A stretch of DNA of 64,000 bases, taken from contig CAVZFC010000035.1 of the NCBI GenBank assembly GCA_963774445.1, positions 133,470 through 197,469 of the forward strand, in the 5' to 3' direction. A program made the position numbers and the translations under genes. Position 1 is the first letter of the stretch. Every line of letters begins with the position of its first letter. The notes beneath the pieces were generated by a model. The model saw only the letters and a program-made list of their open reading frames with translations. It ran no database searches and was not told where the DNA came from. Origin of the DNA: an uncultured delta proteobacterium (GTDB lineage Bacteria; Myxococcota_A; Polyangia; Haliangiales; Haliangiaceae). Below are positions 25,601-34,194 of the stretch, piece after piece.

Positions 25601-25861
25601 CTGTAGCTCCTTGAGCGCGACGCGGCGCTTCAGCGTGGAGTCGTAGGCGTCGAACACCACGCCGATGCCGCCGCGCCCGTGGACTCCGCGGATCTCGTAG
25701 CGGTCCTCGCGAATCGGCGGCAGACCCGATCCGACGGCTGGGCGGTCATGCCGCTGCCCGGTCGCCGTGGACTGGTCGCCGTCGAGCCCCATCTCCTCGG
25801 CCACCGACGTCGCGGTGACAGTCTCTCGTGCAGCCTCGTCCCTGTCGCCACCTTCACCCAC
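22637..25861 (-). CDS. Ser/Thr protein kinase with one TM helix and a long extracytoplasmic TPR domain.
   Basis: Kinase motifs GIGVVFDAYD ... VALK, HRDLKPANVIV, DWGLAKD, GTPAYMAPEQ. TM segment LALAATLAIIAIAAVIGY. The C-terminal half contains multiple TPR-like repeats. Confidence 0.85.
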   Translation of the reverse strand: MGEGGDRDEAARETVTATSVAEEMGLDGDQSTATGQRHDRPAVGSGLPPIREDRYEIRGVHGRGGIGVVFDAYDSTLKRRVALKELQSYGPRSQARFVREALITARLDHPGIVSVYEAGTWPDGRALYAMKMVEGEPLKQLLARAASRAERLALIPNVIAVADAVAYAHSKRIIHRDLKPANVIVGEFGETVVIDWGLAKDLGAPDDDDPEPAEAGDDQLTQTGAVMGTPAYMAPEQFAGAEVDERTDVYALGMMLRDLIADSPTRWSRPSDDDGSMLSAPDPQQPLRDLADEGGRAPRELVAIARRALSPDPGDRYRDAGELAEELRRFRGGQMISAHDYSAWELARRWISRHRARLALAATLAIIAIAAVIGYRARGDARPACVAPTSAFSGIWDGRVRTALQAAFRATGTSFAAQSFTATARPLDRYVDGWRGLYRESCRDTYWRGSQSHELLDLRTRCLEERKAELAALTARLSDPSDAETLQEAAGAVEQLVPIDYCRDPNNLRADSPPPATSAVAAQRARVRAALAQARAERLTGDYAGAKQRILALLDREPNVELYLTAKLQLELGTAHSLLAEDDAASKAFESAYLAALHQRNSQVLLEASAGRVEVSARNGSFGDADHWEKLLLARIDIATDPRAKSRGLRALGALEVARGNVSRAADLYQGAVDDSDAAGYPVERAESMLDLGRTLHEGGLRRTPGYEETFERAYQLLFSALGAEHPETLRALASRPDEKALRQALGVDDRLHVLPVRVRLQAMNNLARILVRAHRFDESIAILDRARTLAADRLGKASGELADIYNVFGSLHYQKGELDDAQAANLERLHILEQVVGEYHPLIASAHNNLGLVANELGHPDEALRHFQRALQIYAREPTGNHSRRGNTLNNMAMIAEDSDRIDEAIDLYLQSARERELATISEGNSAGDSYTNLGDLLRKQGRYDEAVEYQRRALAIYEKVHAAERADTGREHPDLAWPLTALGEIALERDRPQEALPYLERAERIRREGNVAPRELGRTQFALAQAVWSATHDRQRAQQIITAAAATYHRGQTNTDRSQLKRVAAWRRGTGL

Positions 25862-25964
25862 AGCGCGCCGACTCTAACCTGAGCGGCGGGCCCAGTCAGG
25901 CCTGCTCGACCCTTGCTGAAGCGGCGCAGGCAGACCCGCAGTATCGCGGCGGCGAGGCCGCGGA

Positions 25965-26513
25965 TCAGCTGTAGCCGGCCCAGAAGAACAGCAGCCCGGA
26001 CCAGCGCAGCTCGCGGCGCGCGTCGTCCAGGTTGGCCGGCACCTCGATCGTGCCCGCACCCGGCCACGGGTCGACCATGACCACGCCGTTGCGCTTTTGC
26101 GGGTCGCCCCCGGCGATCAGACCCACGGCATGATCGGCGGGCGCCTTCTCGTCGGGGTGCATCACGCGGACGTTGGTGGGAAGCAGCGCCCCGCGGAAGC
26201 CGTCGCCGGCTTTTACCCAGGCGACGATGCCGGGGGTGCGAAACGCCACGCGGCGGGCCATGAAGCGGTAGCCGAGGTACGACAGCTGCTGGTTGTAGGT
26301 GGCGAACCAGCGCTGGACGTCGGCCAGATCGATCGACAGCCGCTCGAGCTCGTCGAACATCTTCTCTTCGATGCCCGGGGCGTAGCTGCCCGCGCGGGCG
26401 GCGATGGTGCGCAGAAGGTACGCGGCCGCGGCGCCGGCGCAGTTGGCTTTGGTGGGCTCGACCTGGATGACCAGCCCGCCCTCGTCCTTCTCGTTCGCCA
26501 TGTGCGTCGCCAT
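25965..26513 (-). CDS. Hypothetical protein that may have a transglutaminase/papain-like Cys-His fold.
   Basis: High GC3. NCAGAAAAYLLRTIAARAG resembles the transglutaminase-core Cys motif, and HAVGLIAGGD...VVMVDPW resembles the His/Asp region. This is a weak inference. Confidence 0.4.
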   Translation of the reverse strand: MATHMANEKDEGGLVIQVEPTKANCAGAAAAYLLRTIAARAGSYAPGIEEKMFDELERLSIDLADVQRWFATYNQQLSYLGYRFMARRVAFRTPGIVAWVKAGDGFRGALLPTNVRVMHPDEKAPADHAVGLIAGGDPQKRNGVVMVDPWPGAGTIEVPANLDDARRELRWSGLLFFWAGYS

Positions 26514-26606
26514 GTGCTTCCCGGGGACCGGGCAGGCAGTATACGGAAACGCTAGCGTCGGGATCCCCGCCGGGGCCCACTGAAACCCGCGCTTTCGGGC
26601 CTCGGA

Positions 26607-26659
26607 AATTCATTGACACTCTGTCAGGTTATCCGTATAAGTTGACAGTCTGTCGAGTT
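26607..26659 (+). promoter_or_regulatory. Near-consensus sigma70 promoter (TTGACA-17-TATAAG) overlapped by two tandem palindromic operators (TGACA-N3-TGTCA), immediately upstream of the TetR gene.
   Basis: TTGACA at 26613-26618, TATAAG at 26636-26641. Operator 1 is tgacactctgtca at 26614-26626. Operator 2 is tgacagtctgtc at 26643-26654. Confidence 0.5.
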
Positions 26660-27274
26660 ATGGCCCGTACCGTTGATATCGAGCGCCGTCGCGAGCTGGC
26701 CCTCCGCGCCTTCGAGGTCATCCGCTCCCGCGGGGTCGCAGGGACGACGATGAGCGACATCGCCGTGGCCCTGGAGATGAAGCGCCCGACCCTGTACTGG
26801 CACTTCAAGGATTTCGGTGAGATCTTCGACGCGGTCGTCGCCGACACTGACGCGGACCTCGAGCGCTTCGTCCTCGACCGGCTGGCCGGCGTCAGCCATC
26901 CGCTCGACACGCTGGCGGCCCTGGTCGAGGCGACCATCGACTTCTACAGCGAGCGGCGCGACCGGGTGATGGTGCTGTTCCAGCTGTGGGCGGTGGCCGG
27001 CGACTCGGCCGCCGAGCGGTTCGCCCGCCGCGCCCGCGATTTCATCCAGCCGGTTCGCCACGAGCTGTGCGCGCGGCTCGAGCGCGGCATCGCCGAGGGC
27101 ACCGTCGCGCCGTGCAATCCGGAGACCGTCGTCAACCTCTGTTTTGCCGTCATCGACGGCGCCCACGTTCAGAAAATAGTTCGCGATGCCGACCCGCGTC
27201 GCACCGTCGCGGGATTGCGCCGCCACGTGCTCGAGCCGCTGCGCGTGGGCGGCTCCACCGGAGAGAACCGATGA
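26660..27274 (+). CDS. TetR-family transcriptional regulator.
   Basis: N-terminal HTH GTTMSDIAVALEMKRPTLYWHFKDFGEIF. Its stop overlaps the next start as ATGA at 27271-27274. Confidence 0.85.
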   Translation: MARTVDIERRRELALRAFEVIRSRGVAGTTMSDIAVALEMKRPTLYWHFKDFGEIFDAVVADTDADLERFVLDRLAGVSHPLDTLAALVEATIDFYSERRDRVMVLFQLWAVAGDSAAERFARRARDFIQPVRHELCARLERGIAEGTVAPCNPETVVNLCFAVIDGAHVQKIVRDADPRRTVAGLRRHVLEPLRVGGSTGENR

Positions 27275-29055
27275 GCCTACAGTTCAGCCAGATCATGACG
27301 CGAAAGCTTCGCCCCATCCATCGTCGCACTCCCCGACGCGCGTCCGCGCCTCGACCCGCGCGCGCGCCGCTTCCGCTGGCGCCGCTGGCCGTCATCCGCC
27401 TGCGCGGCAGCCAGGCCGAGATGGGAGGCCAGCACGCCGCCGCCCTGCGCGAGCTCGGCGGCTGGGAGCAGGTGGTCGACTTCTACGCCGAGCTCCCCGA
27501 GCGGCTGATCCTGCACGCCGATTCGTATACGCGGCCGCGCTGGATCGTGCGCAAGGCGGCGGCCCGCCTCAAGGATACGCTGCTGCGGCGAATCGAGCGC
27601 CAGCGGCCGCCCGCCTATCTGGCGCGCTCGCGCGCGTTCATGGAGGAGCTCGGGCTGCCGGCCGATCACAGCCGTTACGTCGCGGTGATGGACGTCCTGC
27701 AGAACGTCGTCGGCATCGCCGGTCGCCTCGGGCTGGGGCCGTTCGGCCGCGTGGCCGCCGACGCTGCGGTGCCAGCTTGCTCGACGTTGATGGTGTGGGA
27801 CGGCGCGTCCGCCGACGGCCAGCTGCGCCACGCGCGCAACTTCGACTTCCCCGGCATCGGCGTCTGGGATCGCGTGCCGGCGGTCGTCTTCTGTGAGCCG
27901 GACGAGGGCGAACGCTACGGCTTCGTCACCTCCCGCGGCGCCGACACCCCCGGCGTCACCGCGTTCAACGAAGCCGGCATCACCGTCACCATGCACACCC
28001 GCTTCCACCGCGACGTCACCTTCGACGGCGCGGCCATCGTCGACATCGGTCACGACATTGCCCGCCGGGCGACCACGATCGGCGAGGCGATCGCGATCGT
28101 GCGCGAGCGCCCGTCGGCGTCGACCTGGGGCATCGCGGTGTCGTCGGCGCGCGAGCATCGAGCGGTGGTGATCGAGGCCAATGCGCGCACGGTGGCCGTG
28201 GTCGAGCCGCGCGAGCCCGACCACCTGAGCTGCGCCAATCGCTACCGCCATCCCGAGACTCGGGCGGGGCAGGTGGCGGCGTCGTCGGCCTGGGAGGCGC
28301 ACTCGACCGGACGTCAGGGGCGGCTGGAGATGCTGGTCGCCGAGCACCGGCCGGCCGGCGGCATGACCGCAGAAGCGCTGCAGCGCGCGCTGGCCGATCG
28401 CGTCAACCCGTCGGCGCCGCAGGCGTCCCGCGGTGGTGGCGCTGTCGTGTCACAGCCAGCGACGGTCAAGAGCATCGTCGCCTGCCCGGAAGAGCGGGCG
28501 ATTCACGTCTCGGTCGGTCCGGCGCCGACCTCGCGCGGTCCGTACGTGCGCCTCGACTGGGCGTGGGACGGGCCGGTCGGCGGTCGCGAGCTGGAGCGGG
28601 TCGACGCGCCCGCGCCAGCGGACGCCGCCGAGCAGGCGTTCGTCCACTACACCGAGGCGACGCGTCTGGATCGCCAGGCCGATGACTGGCGCGGCGCGCT
28701 GGCCGAGCTCGAGCGGGCGATCGCGCTGCAGCCCGACGATCCCAGCTACCGATTCCTGGCCGGCGTGTTGCAGCTGCGCACCGGCGACTACGCGGCCGCG
28801 CACGCGCACCTCGAGGCCGGCCTCGCCAGCGAGACCATTCCGCTGCGACGCGGGCAGCTGCTGTTGTGGGCTTCGCGCGCGGCCGACGCGGCTGGTGATT
28901 TGCTGGCCGCGCAGGGCCATCGCAGGGAGCTCCTGGCCATGGATCACAACGAGCTGGTCGAGCAGCGGACCCTGGCCGATCGCGAGGAGCGCCGCCGCTG
29001 GGATCCTCGGCGGCGCCGCATCCAGCTCAACGTGCTGATCGCCGACGCCTGGTAG
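27271..29055 (+). CDS. Ntn-hydrolase of the C45 / acyl-CoA:6-APA acyltransferase-like family with a C-terminal TPR domain.
   Basis: Candidate nucleophile in AAVPACSTLMVWDG, followed by HARNFDF. C-terminal TPR-like region QAFVHYTEATRLD ... LAGVLQLRTGDYAAAHAHLE. Translationally coupled to the TetR gene. Confidence 0.5.
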   Translation: MSLQFSQIMTRKLRPIHRRTPRRASAPRPARAPLPLAPLAVIRLRGSQAEMGGQHAAALRELGGWEQVVDFYAELPERLILHADSYTRPRWIVRKAAARLKDTLLRRIERQRPPAYLARSRAFMEELGLPADHSRYVAVMDVLQNVVGIAGRLGLGPFGRVAADAAVPACSTLMVWDGASADGQLRHARNFDFPGIGVWDRVPAVVFCEPDEGERYGFVTSRGADTPGVTAFNEAGITVTMHTRFHRDVTFDGAAIVDIGHDIARRATTIGEAIAIVRERPSASTWGIAVSSAREHRAVVIEANARTVAVVEPREPDHLSCANRYRHPETRAGQVAASSAWEAHSTGRQGRLEMLVAEHRPAGGMTAEALQRALADRVNPSAPQASRGGGAVVSQPATVKSIVACPEERAIHVSVGPAPTSRGPYVRLDWAWDGPVGGRELERVDAPAPADAAEQAFVHYTEATRLDRQADDWRGALAELERAIALQPDDPSYRFLAGVLQLRTGDYAAAHAHLEAGLASETIPLRRGQLLLWASRAADAAGDLLAAQGHRRELLAMDHNELVEQRTLADREERRRWDPRRRRIQLNVLIADAW

Positions 29056-29142
29056 GTGCAACGTTTGCGCGGGGCGCAGCCGGTGTCGCACAACCTGCGC
29101 GGCCCTGGGGCCAAGTTGCGGGCAACTACGCGAAACCTGATG

Positions 29143-29159
29143 TGGCACACCGGTGGCAT
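29143..29159 (+). promoter_or_regulatory. Sigma54-like -24/-12 motif TGGCAC-N5-tGGCAT directly abutting the hpf start.
   Basis: TGGCACACCGGTGGCAT has the GG-N10-GC spacing of RpoN promoters. The predicted transcription start would be at or next to the ATG at 29171, which would make the mRNA leaderless, so confidence is low. Confidence 0.25.
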
Positions 29160-29170
29160 GCGCGGAATGT

Positions 29171-29515
29171 ATGACCTTTCCTTTGCAGATCACGTACCGG
29201 CACCTCGAGCCCAGCGCCGCCGCTGATGAGCTCATCCGCGAGAAGGCCGACAAGCTGGGTCAGCTCGAGCGCATCACCTCCTGCCGGGTGGTCATCGAGG
29301 CTCCCCACCGCAGCCAGAGCAAGGGCAACCACTACAAGGTGTCCATCGATCTGAGCATCCCCGGCACCGAGCTGGTGGTGGATCGCAGCCCCGACCAGCA
29401 CATCGAGCACGAGGATCTGTTCGTTGCCATCCGCGAGGCGTTCGATCACGCCTGGCGCGAGCTGGAGAAATACGAGCAGCGGCGCCGCGACAAACGCCAC
29501 ATCAACAGCATCTGA
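29171..29515 (+). CDS. hpf: Ribosome hibernation promoting factor (HPF/RaiA family).
   Basis: MTFPLQITYRHLEPSAA..LIREKADKLGQLERITSCRVVIE..KVSIDLSIPG..FVAIREAFDHAWRELEKY matches the HPF fold pattern. Confidence 0.85.
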   Translation: MTFPLQITYRHLEPSAAADELIREKADKLGQLERITSCRVVIEAPHRSQSKGNHYKVSIDLSIPGTELVVDRSPDQHIEHEDLFVAIREAFDHAWRELEKYEQRRRDKRHINSI

Positions 29516-29521
29516 TCCGAA

Positions 29522-29986
29522 CTAAAACTGCGGCTCGATGCCCTGACCGGTCGGCTTGATTCGCCAGACCGGACGGCGGTCCTCGACCAGCACCACCTGC
29601 CCCTTGCGGAACGGCTGGAACGACGGCTGGCCGGTCAGGAACGCGGCCAGCGCCGAGATGCTCGGCTCGTGGCCGAACAGCGCCAGGTCGACGCCCCGGC
29701 GGGCGGCGTCGGCGGCGATTACCTGCGGCTCGCACCCGGGGACGAGGCCGCCGTGGGCGCGGATCTCGCCGAGGTAGTCGACCGCGTCGGCGATCAGCTC
29801 GGCGGTCTGCACCGCGCGCACGAGCGGGCTGGTCAGCACGGCGTCGAAGGTGACCCCTTCGTCGCGTAGGATCCGGCCGACGCGGCGGGCGACCTGGCGG
29901 CCGTCGGCGGACAGGTAGCGAGACGAGTCGGGCAGCCCCGGCCCGGCCGAGACGGCGTCGGCGTGGCGGATCAGGTAGAGCTTCAC
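29522..29986 (-). CDS. sixA: Phosphohistidine phosphatase SixA (histidine phosphatase superfamily).
   Basis: RHG motif in VKLYLIRHADAVS. LTSPLVRAVQTAE. About 154 aa from the GTG at 29986. An upstream ATG at 30070 is an alternative start. Confidence 0.7.
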   Translation of the reverse strand: MKLYLIRHADAVSAGPGLPDSSRYLSADGRQVARRVGRILRDEGVTFDAVLTSPLVRAVQTAELIADAVDYLGEIRAHGGLVPGCEPQVIAADAARRGVDLALFGHEPSISALAAFLTGQPSFQPFRKGQVVLVEDRRPVWRIKPTGQGIEPQF

Positions 29987-30063
29987 CGCCCGAGGGTGAC
30001 GTGGCTCACCCAGGCTGTCAACGCGCGGTTGGCCGGTGGCGCCCGCTGTGCCATCGTCCGCCG

Positions 30064-30564
30064 GTGACACGGTTCTTCTTCGAGCACGAGTTCGTATGCG
30101 CCGACGCCGCGGCGTTCTGGCACTGCTACTTCGACAAGGAGCACGAGGCGCGGCTCGACGAGGCGCTCGGCCTGCAGTCGCGTGAGCTCCTCGAGGAGAC
30201 CGACGACGGCACCACGCACGTGCGCCGCTATCGCGTGGCGCCGAAGCGGCAGATTCCCGGTTGGCTGCGGGCCGTGACCCGCGCCGGGCTCGAGTACGAG
30301 GAGGAGAGCATCTTCTACAAGGCCGACGATCGGATCGAGATCAGCATCCGGCCGTCGCTGCTGCCCGGGCGCACGCGGGTCGAGGCGACCTATAGCGTGG
30401 CCTTGGTCGCGCCCGGGCGGGTCGTGCGCCGGTTCGAGGGCGAGGTCGAGGTGCGCATGCCGGTGATCGGTGCCCGCCTCGAGCGCGCGGTGGTGCGCGA
30501 CATGGAGGCGTCGTACGAGGTGGCGGTGCCGCTGACCCAGGCGTGCCTCGATCTGTGCGCGTGA
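30064..30564 (+). CDS. SRPBCC/DUF2505-like small protein.
   Basis: Coding statistics and size. FFFEHEFVCADAAAFWHCYFDKEHE...TTHVRRYRV resembles the DUF2505/START-like N-terminus. Start assumed at the GTG at 30064. Confidence 0.4.
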   Translation: MTRFFFEHEFVCADAAAFWHCYFDKEHEARLDEALGLQSRELLEETDDGTTHVRRYRVAPKRQIPGWLRAVTRAGLEYEEESIFYKADDRIEISIRPSLLPGRTRVEATYSVALVAPGRVVRRFEGEVEVRMPVIGARLERAVVRDMEASYEVAVPLTQACLDLCA

Positions 30565-30622
30565 TCGCGGAGGGGTAGTTGCGGTGTAAGCGGCGCGGGT
30601 GCGGGTGCGTTGCCCCCGCGTC

Positions 30623-31297
30623 ATGCGCACTCGGACTGGCTTTTTCGCACTCGCTCTTTCTCTGATCCTTCCGGCACTCGGCGCGCCCGCGCGGGCCACG
30701 CCGTCGATCGCGGTCGAGGCGCCGCCGCTCGAGCGCCGCACCGAGGTCGACGTCGGCTTCATCGTCGGCGGCGAAGACGTCGGGCCGTCGCGCCGCTTCA
30801 CCCGCGGCTTGCAGCTCGACGTCGGGCGGCGTTTCGGCGATCTGGTGCTGCTCGCCGAGTACAACTACCTGGGTGTCGGCGAGGACAGCTCGAGCAGCAC
30901 CGGCACCATGAGCCGGGTCGGGCTGGTCGCGCGCTACTCGCTCTTGCGCACCTCCGGTGGCGCGGATCACCGCGGGCGCCGCGGTCCGCTGAGCGGCGAC
31001 TTCTGGCTCGAGGCCGGCGGCGGGGTGCAGCGCGTCGCCTGGGACGCGGGCGGCGTGCTCACCCGTCCCGACGCAGTGCTCGGCGTCGGTTGGCAGCTCG
31101 ACGGGGTGATCGGCGGCGACGATCCGCGGCCGCGCTACTACGGGCCGTACGTCGCCGTTCGCGCCCACCTGGCCCGCGCTCCCGAGCCGGGCGACGACGT
31201 CATGCCCACCTGCGGCGGCCCGTGCGATCGCGCGACCCGGCCGTCGCGCAACAACGTCGGCCTGTTCTTCCACTTCGGCATCAACTGGGGCCGGTGA
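30623..31297 (+). CDS. Hypothetical secreted protein.
   Basis: Signal peptide MRTRTGFFALALSLILPALGAPARA. High GC3. Confidence 0.5.
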   Translation: MRTRTGFFALALSLILPALGAPARATPSIAVEAPPLERRTEVDVGFIVGGEDVGPSRRFTRGLQLDVGRRFGDLVLLAEYNYLGVGEDSSSSTGTMSRVGLVARYSLLRTSGGADHRGRRGPLSGDFWLEAGGGVQRVAWDAGGVLTRPDAVLGVGWQLDGVIGGDDPRPRYYGPYVAVRAHLARAPEPGDDVMPTCGGPCDRATRPSRNNVGLFFHFGINWGR

Positions 31298-31342
31298 AAG
31301 CTGCCGGCGCCGCGCGCGTTCCCCTCACGCAAGGAGATTTCA

Positions 31343-32218
31343 TGACCACGGCAGCTCGCTTCGCGTTCAACTCTCTTCCTCGGTATCAGCCTGGCCGCGC
31401 TGTCGGCCTGCGGCGGCGGCAATGCGTTCCGCGCGAGCAAGCCGGACTCGTCGTACACGCCGGCACCGCATGCAAGCGCAGGCTACGGCGCGCCAGCCTC
31501 GGGTGGCGATACCTACTCGCGACCGTCGTCGACGCCGGCGACGTCGCCCCAGCCGGCGCCGACCGAGCGCCCGGGGCTGGGCACGGTGTGGGGCGAGACT
31601 GTGAGCTCGCACGTCAGCAGCAAGCCGTTCGAGCGCTACACGAGCTCGCCGTTCGCGTCGGTCACCGTGTACTACAACGACGCCGAGGGCGTCGATGCGC
31701 AGGCTCGTTACCTGGGCGGCGTCGCGCTGGCGCCGCTGCGCGCCTACACCCCGAACGGCGGCGTGTCCGTGGCGCTGGTCGACCAGAACGGCGCGCTGCT
31801 GCCGGGTGGCGAGATGTCCGGCCGCGTGCTGGTCGTCGGCGGAGAGGGACAGCGCTACAACATCGTCATCGACAACCGCACCGGCGGTCGCTACGAGGTG
31901 GTGACGTCAGTCGACGGCCTCGACGTGATCGACGGCCACGCGGCGGACCTGGGCAAGCGCGGCTACATCCTGGAGCCGTACTCCAACCTGGTCATCGACG
32001 GCTTCCGCCAGAGCGACGACGCCGTGGCCGCCTTCCGCTTCGGCCGGGTCGCCGACTCGTACGCCTCCCGGACCTCGGGGGATCGCAATGTCGGCGTGGT
32101 CGGCGTGGCGCTGTTCGCCGAGCGGGGATCTCGCTGGACCACCGACGAGCTCGAGCGCCGCGACAGCGCCAACCCGTTCCCCGGCGATCGGGCCTACGCG
32201 CGGCCCCCCGGCTACTAA
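31343..32218 (+). CDS. Hypothetical lipoprotein with an apparent frameshift inside the signal peptide near 31373.
   Basis: A strong RBS, AAGGAGATTTC, sits before the ATG at 31343. That frame gives MTTAARFAFNS and then garbage. The +1 frame continues LFLGISLAALSACGGG (lipobox) and runs to 32218. The joint lies in a tctctt run. Confidence 0.5.
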
Positions 32219-32329
32219 TCGACGATTCCACGAACTCCGGATGGCGCACTGCGTCGCGTATGAAACCTCGGTTGCGTCTCGCCTTCGCGGTCAGCTAGTG
32301 TCGGCCGTCCGGGGGGACTTCGGCCGGGG

Positions 32330-33175
32330 ATGCAGAGCACGACGGAATCATCAGCGATCACGCGGTTCATCCATGCGCAATCGCCGCCCATCAACGCGGC
32401 GGAGCACGGCGTGGAGACCCAGGTTGTGCGCCGCCCGCTGGCGCCCGTGCGCCCGGCCCGCCGCGTGCTCCGCTGGCGAACGCCGCTGGCCGCGCTGGCG
32501 GTGGTCGCCGTCGGCACCGGGCTGCTGATCTGGGCCGCGCCGTGGGACGATCCGGATCCGGCCCCGCAGGCGGCAGCCGCACCGCCGGCCGACCGGGATC
32601 CCGGGCAGGAGCCCGAGCGGCTCGCTGCGGCGCAGGCCGCAGCGGCAGCTGCTCCATCGACCGAGACCGCCCCGTCCGAGCCGGTCGTCATCGCGATGCC
32701 GGACGATCAGGCCGTGCCGACCAGCGACGACCCGGCCGACTACGAGCTCGACCTGGGCGACGAGCTCACGCCGACCGACGAGATCGCGCTGCAGCTCCTG
32801 GCCGAGCTCAACGGCGACGACGACGGTGACGCCGACGCGCCCAAGCTTCGGCGGCGCTCGGCGCGCCGTTCGCCGCGGGCGACCCGGCACGCCACCGCCG
32901 AGATGCCGTCGGTCACCCGTCGCAAGGGCTTGCTGATGATCAACGCCAAGCCGCCCTGCCGCATCCTCATCAACGGGGTCGACACCGGATTGACCACCCC
33001 GCAGCGCGCCATCCGTCTGACCGGCGGCCGGCACAAGGTGACCCTGGTCAACCGCGAGTACGACATCGTCTCCAGCCTCACCGTGAACATCCACCCGGGC
33101 AAGCGGGTGCGTGTGGTTCGCGATCTCACCGAGCACATCGCGCACCAGCACCGCAGCCGGCGCTCTCGCCACTGA
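32330..33175 (+). CDS. Membrane-anchored protein with a C-terminal PEGA domain.
   Basis: TM segment LAALAVVAVGTGLLIWAA, an acidic linker, and a C-terminal block GLLMINAKPPCRILINGVDTGLTTP...HKVTLVNREY. Confidence 0.55.
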   Translation: MQSTTESSAITRFIHAQSPPINAAEHGVETQVVRRPLAPVRPARRVLRWRTPLAALAVVAVGTGLLIWAAPWDDPDPAPQAAAAPPADRDPGQEPERLAAAQAAAAAAPSTETAPSEPVVIAMPDDQAVPTSDDPADYELDLGDELTPTDEIALQLLAELNGDDDGDADAPKLRRRSARRSPRATRHATAEMPSVTRRKGLLMINAKPPCRILINGVDTGLTTPQRAIRLTGGRHKVTLVNREYDIVSSLTVNIHPGKRVRVVRDLTEHIAHQHRSRRSRH

Positions 33176-33177
33176 TC

Positions 33178-34194
33178 ATGGACTACGTCTCTCTGGGCAA
33201 GACCGGGCTGCGCGTGTCGCAGCTCGCGCTGGGCACCATGTCGTTCGGTGGCGAGGCCGACGAGGCCGCGTCGCGGGCGCTCTTCCAGCGCGCGCGCGAG
33301 GCCGGCATCAACTTCTTCGACTGCGCCGACGTCTACTGGGAGGGCCGCTCGGAAGAGGTGCTGGGCCGGCTGATCGCCGACTGCCGCGACGAGGTGGTGA
33401 TCACCAGCAAGGGCTACTTTCCCACCGGAGGCGACGTCAACGCGCGCGGCTCGAGTCGCTATCACCTGGTGCGCACGGTCGAGGCCAGCCTGCGGCGGCT
33501 GGGCACCGACCGCATCGACGTCTACTACGTCCACCGCTGGGACGATCACACCGATCTCGAGGACACGCTGCGGACCCTCGAGCTCCTGGTCCAGCAGGGC
33601 AAGATCCTCTACCCGGCGTGCAGCAACTTCGCCGCCTGGCAGGCCGCGCGCGCGGTCGGCATCTCCGACGCGCGGGGGTGGACGCCGATGGCCTGCGTGC
33701 AGCCGATGTACAACCTGATCAAGCGCCAGGCCGAGGTCGAGATCTTGCCGATGGCCGGCGCGCTGGGGCTGGGCGTCTGCACCTACAGCCCGCTGGGCGG
33801 TGGGCTGCTCAGCGGCAAGTACGGTCCCGATCGCCGCCCCGAGCACGGGCGCATCCTCGACAACCAGATGTACGCCACTCGCTACGGCGCCGGCTCCAAC
33901 TTCGACATCGCCGGCGCCTTCACCGCGCTGGCGCAGAAGTACGGCCATCACCCGGCGAGCCTGGCGGTCGCCTGGGTCGCGTCACATCCGCACGTGACCT
34001 GTCCGATCCTGGGCGCGCGCGACGTCGCTCAGCTCGAGCCGTCGCTGGCCGCGGTCGACATCGACATGACCGCCGAGCTGCGCGCCGAGCTGTCGGCGCT
34101 GTCGCCCGAGCCGCCTCCGGCCACCGACCGCAACGAAGAGGCCAGCGCCCACAGCTACAGCAACACGCTACGATCCCAGCAGGGGAAGAAGTAG
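33178..34194 (+). CDS. Aldo/keto reductase.
   Basis: LGTMSFGG, INFFDCADVY, IDVYYVHRWD, and the C-terminal motif ILGARDVAQLE. Confidence 0.85.
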   Translation: MDYVSLGKTGLRVSQLALGTMSFGGEADEAASRALFQRAREAGINFFDCADVYWEGRSEEVLGRLIADCRDEVVITSKGYFPTGGDVNARGSSRYHLVRTVEASLRRLGTDRIDVYYVHRWDDHTDLEDTLRTLELLVQQGKILYPACSNFAAWQAARAVGISDARGWTPMACVQPMYNLIKRQAEVEILPMAGALGLGVCTYSPLGGGLLSGKYGPDRRPEHGRILDNQMYATRYGAGSNFDIAGAFTALAQKYGHHPASLAVAWVASHPHVTCPILGARDVAQLEPSLAAVDIDMTAELRAELSALSPEPPPATDRNEEASAHSYSNTLRSQQGKK

